Shown here piece after piece: positions 35,326 to 37,686 of a stretch of 37,686 nt of DNA. A model generated the notes under the pieces. It was given only the letters and a program-made list of their open reading frames with translations. It was not told the origin of the DNA and did no database searches. The stretch lies in the NCBI RefSeq assembly GCF_001194135.2, contig NC_068984.1, positions 73,849,068 through 73,886,753 of the forward strand. The letters are read 5' to 3'. Position 1 is the stretch's first letter; each line of letters begins with the position of its first letter. Position numbers and translations under genes: made by a program. Origin of the DNA: Octopus bimaculoides (Eukaryota).

Positions 35326-36639
35326 CACACACACACATACACACACATACACACACACATACACACACACACACACACACAAACATAGATTTATAGTATA
35401 CACAGTATACACGTACATACACATATGCGTGTACATGCATGCGAACACACAAACACACATGTATTTCGTTTTGGCGGTTTTCATTTTCCTTTCAACGTTG
35501 AAGTAATAGATATTAATAGATATCCAATAGCTTCATGCTCAACTGATTGTCATTTTACTTTATTATAACTTGCTTTTGTATCGGGTCTTGCTTTTGTATC
35601 GGGTTGCCGATACAAGTTTCAGTATTGTACTTATTGATTTACATATTTGTTTAGTCAGAGATAAATGTCTTTCTAGTTTGGATATATGTGTATATATTCA
35701 TCTATGTGCGTATGTGTGCGTTTGTATGTATATGCATATATATATATATATAATTATATATNNNNNNNNNNNNNNNNNNNNNNNNNNNNNNNNNNNNNNN
35801 NNNNNNNNNNNNNNNNNNNNNNNNNNNNNNNNNNNNNNNNNNNNNNNNNNNNNNNNNNNNNNNNNNNNNNNNNNNNNNNNNNNNNNNNNNNNNNNNNNNN
35901 NNNNNNNNNNNNNNNNNNNNNNNNNNNNNNNNNNNNNNNNNNNNNNNNNNNNNNNNNNNNNNNNNNNNNNNNNNNNNNNNNNNNNNNNNNNNNNNNNNNN
36001 NNNNNNNNNNNNNNNNNNNNNNNNNNNNNNNNNNNNNNNNNNNNNNNNNNNNNNNNNNNNNNNNNNNNNNNNNNNNNNNNNNNNNNNNNNNNNNNNNNNN
36101 NNNNNNNNNNNNNNNNNNNNNNNNNNNNNNNNNNNNNNNNNNNNNNNNNNNNNNNNNNNNNNNNNNNNNNNNNNNNNNNNNNNNNNNNNNNNNNNNNNNN
36201 NNNNNNNNNNNNNNNNNNNNNNNNNNNNNNNNNNNNNNNNNNNNNNNNNNNNNNNNNNNNNNNNNNNNNNNNNNNNNNNNNNNNNNNNNNNNNNNNNNNN
36301 NNNNNNNNNNNNNNNNNNNNNNNNNNNNNNNNNNNNNNNNNNNNNNNNNNNNNNNNNNNNNNNNNNNNNNNNNNNNNNNNNNNNNNNNNNNNNNNNNNNN
36401 NNNNNNNNNNNNNNNNNNNNNNNNNNNNNNNNNNNNNNNNNNNNNNNNNNNNNNNNNNNNNNNNNNNNNNNNNNNNNNNNNNNNNNNNNNNNNNNNNNNN
36501 NNNNNNNNNNNNNNNNNNNNNNNNNNNNNNNNNNNNNNNNNNNNNNNNNNNNNNNNNNNNNNNNNNNNNNNNNNNNNNNNNNNNNNNNNNNNNNNNNNNN
36601 NNNNNNNNNNNNNNNNNNNNNNNNNNNNNNNNNNNNNNN

Positions 36640-36838
36640 GTTTGTCCCTCTAGCATTGCTTGACAACCGATGCTGGTGTGTTTATGTCCCCGTCACTTAG
36701 CGGTTCGGCAAAAGAGACCGATAGAATAAGTACTAGGCTTACAAAGAATAAGTCCCGGGGTCGATTTGCTCGACTAAAGGCGGTGCTCTAGCATGGCCAC
36801 AGTCAAATGATTGAAACAAGTAAAAGAGTAAAGAGAGT
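36640..36838 (+). mobile_element. SINE family A, 3' half (5' half presumably in the gap)
   Basis: Closely matches 29565-29765. Confidence 0.9.
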
Positions 36839-36879
36839 AAATGTCAAAGACCTCTCATTTTCAGATATAGTAAATACTT

Positions 36880-37190
36880 GTGAAGGCGCATTGCTTACTG
36901 GATGAGATATTCGGCTCACAGGCGTAAGGCCATCAGTTCGATCACCGGTGCCGCATTGTGTGCTTGAGCAAGATACTTATTTCATGTTACTCCAGTTCAC
37001 TCACCTGGTAAGAATGAATTGTACCTGTAATTCAATTGGCCAACCTTGACATGCTGTATCTCCCTAAGAAATGCTAAGGGTACGCGTGTCTGTGGAGTGG
37101 TCTGTCATTTACACGTCAATTTCACAAGTAGTCTGTTCCGTTGATCGGATCAACTTGAACACATGTTGCCGTAACCGATGGAGTCCCAGT
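36880..37190 (+). mobile_element. SINE family C, decayed near full-length copy
   Basis: tRNA-like head gtgaaggcgcattgcttactgg...agttcgatc; the 3' part gggtacgcgtgtctgtggagtgg...ctgttccgttgatcggatcaact matches the reverse complement of 37540-37620. Confidence 0.8.
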
Positions 37191-37497
37191 ATATTTTTCA
37201 ATGCAATATGTTCCTATGAAAAGGATGTGATTTCAGAGGGCTTGATTGCTTTTCGTAAGATATCGAATAAAAACTCTCTTAACACTTTCGTCTCTATTTC
37301 AATACATCGCGAATGATTTTTCGTTTCTCATGATTGCTACGCTTTTCTTTTGTAGTTAAATGTGTGTGTGTGCACGCGCGCTTGCGAACTTGCCAATGTC
37401 TGCCTAAGCAGAAGATATTTAAAGGTGATGATACCATACAACTCTCTTGCCGACCGAACAGTTGTCATAGTTTCAGTGTTTGACATCTTTTTTTTTT

Positions 37498-37686
37498 GTT
37501 GTTGTTGGCACTCCGTTGGTTACGACGACGAGGGTTCCAGTTGATCCGATCAACGGAACAGCCTGCTCGTGAAGTTAACGTGCAAGTGGCTGAGCACTCC
37601 ACAGACACGTGTACCCTTAACGTAGTTCTCGGGGATATTCAGCGTGACACATGTGTGACAAGGCTGACCCTTTGAATTACAGGCAC
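37498..37686 (-). mobile_element. SINE family C, 3' part (continues beyond the window)
   Basis: Closely matches 23996-24182. Confidence 0.92.

Overview
Eukaryotic, AT-rich, repeat-dominated draft-assembly sequence with 10 N-gaps. The repeat content is most consistent with an octopus (coleoid cephalopod) genome; this is inferred from recalled SINE families, not from a search. I find no intact protein-coding gene, rRNA or true tRNA, and almost all long ORFs in the supplied track are microsatellite or N-gap artefacts. The window contains many simple repeats, at least three tRNA-derived SINE families (labelled A, B and C here) and decayed transposon fossils. The fossils are a Helitron helicase in two tandem pieces, an R4/Dong-type non-LTR 3' end, a mariner, a maT (DD37D) element, a Tx1-like and a possible RTE-like RT fragment, and a probable solo LTR. 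The best unexplained structures are a ~733-bp spacer-less palindrome, a pre-miRNA-like hairpin, repeated adjacent inverted SINE pairs and degenerate minimal hammerhead-like motifs. I cannot support a complete novel biological system; these are leads. All alignments were done by eye, and decayed-element boundaries are approximate (about +/-20 bp).
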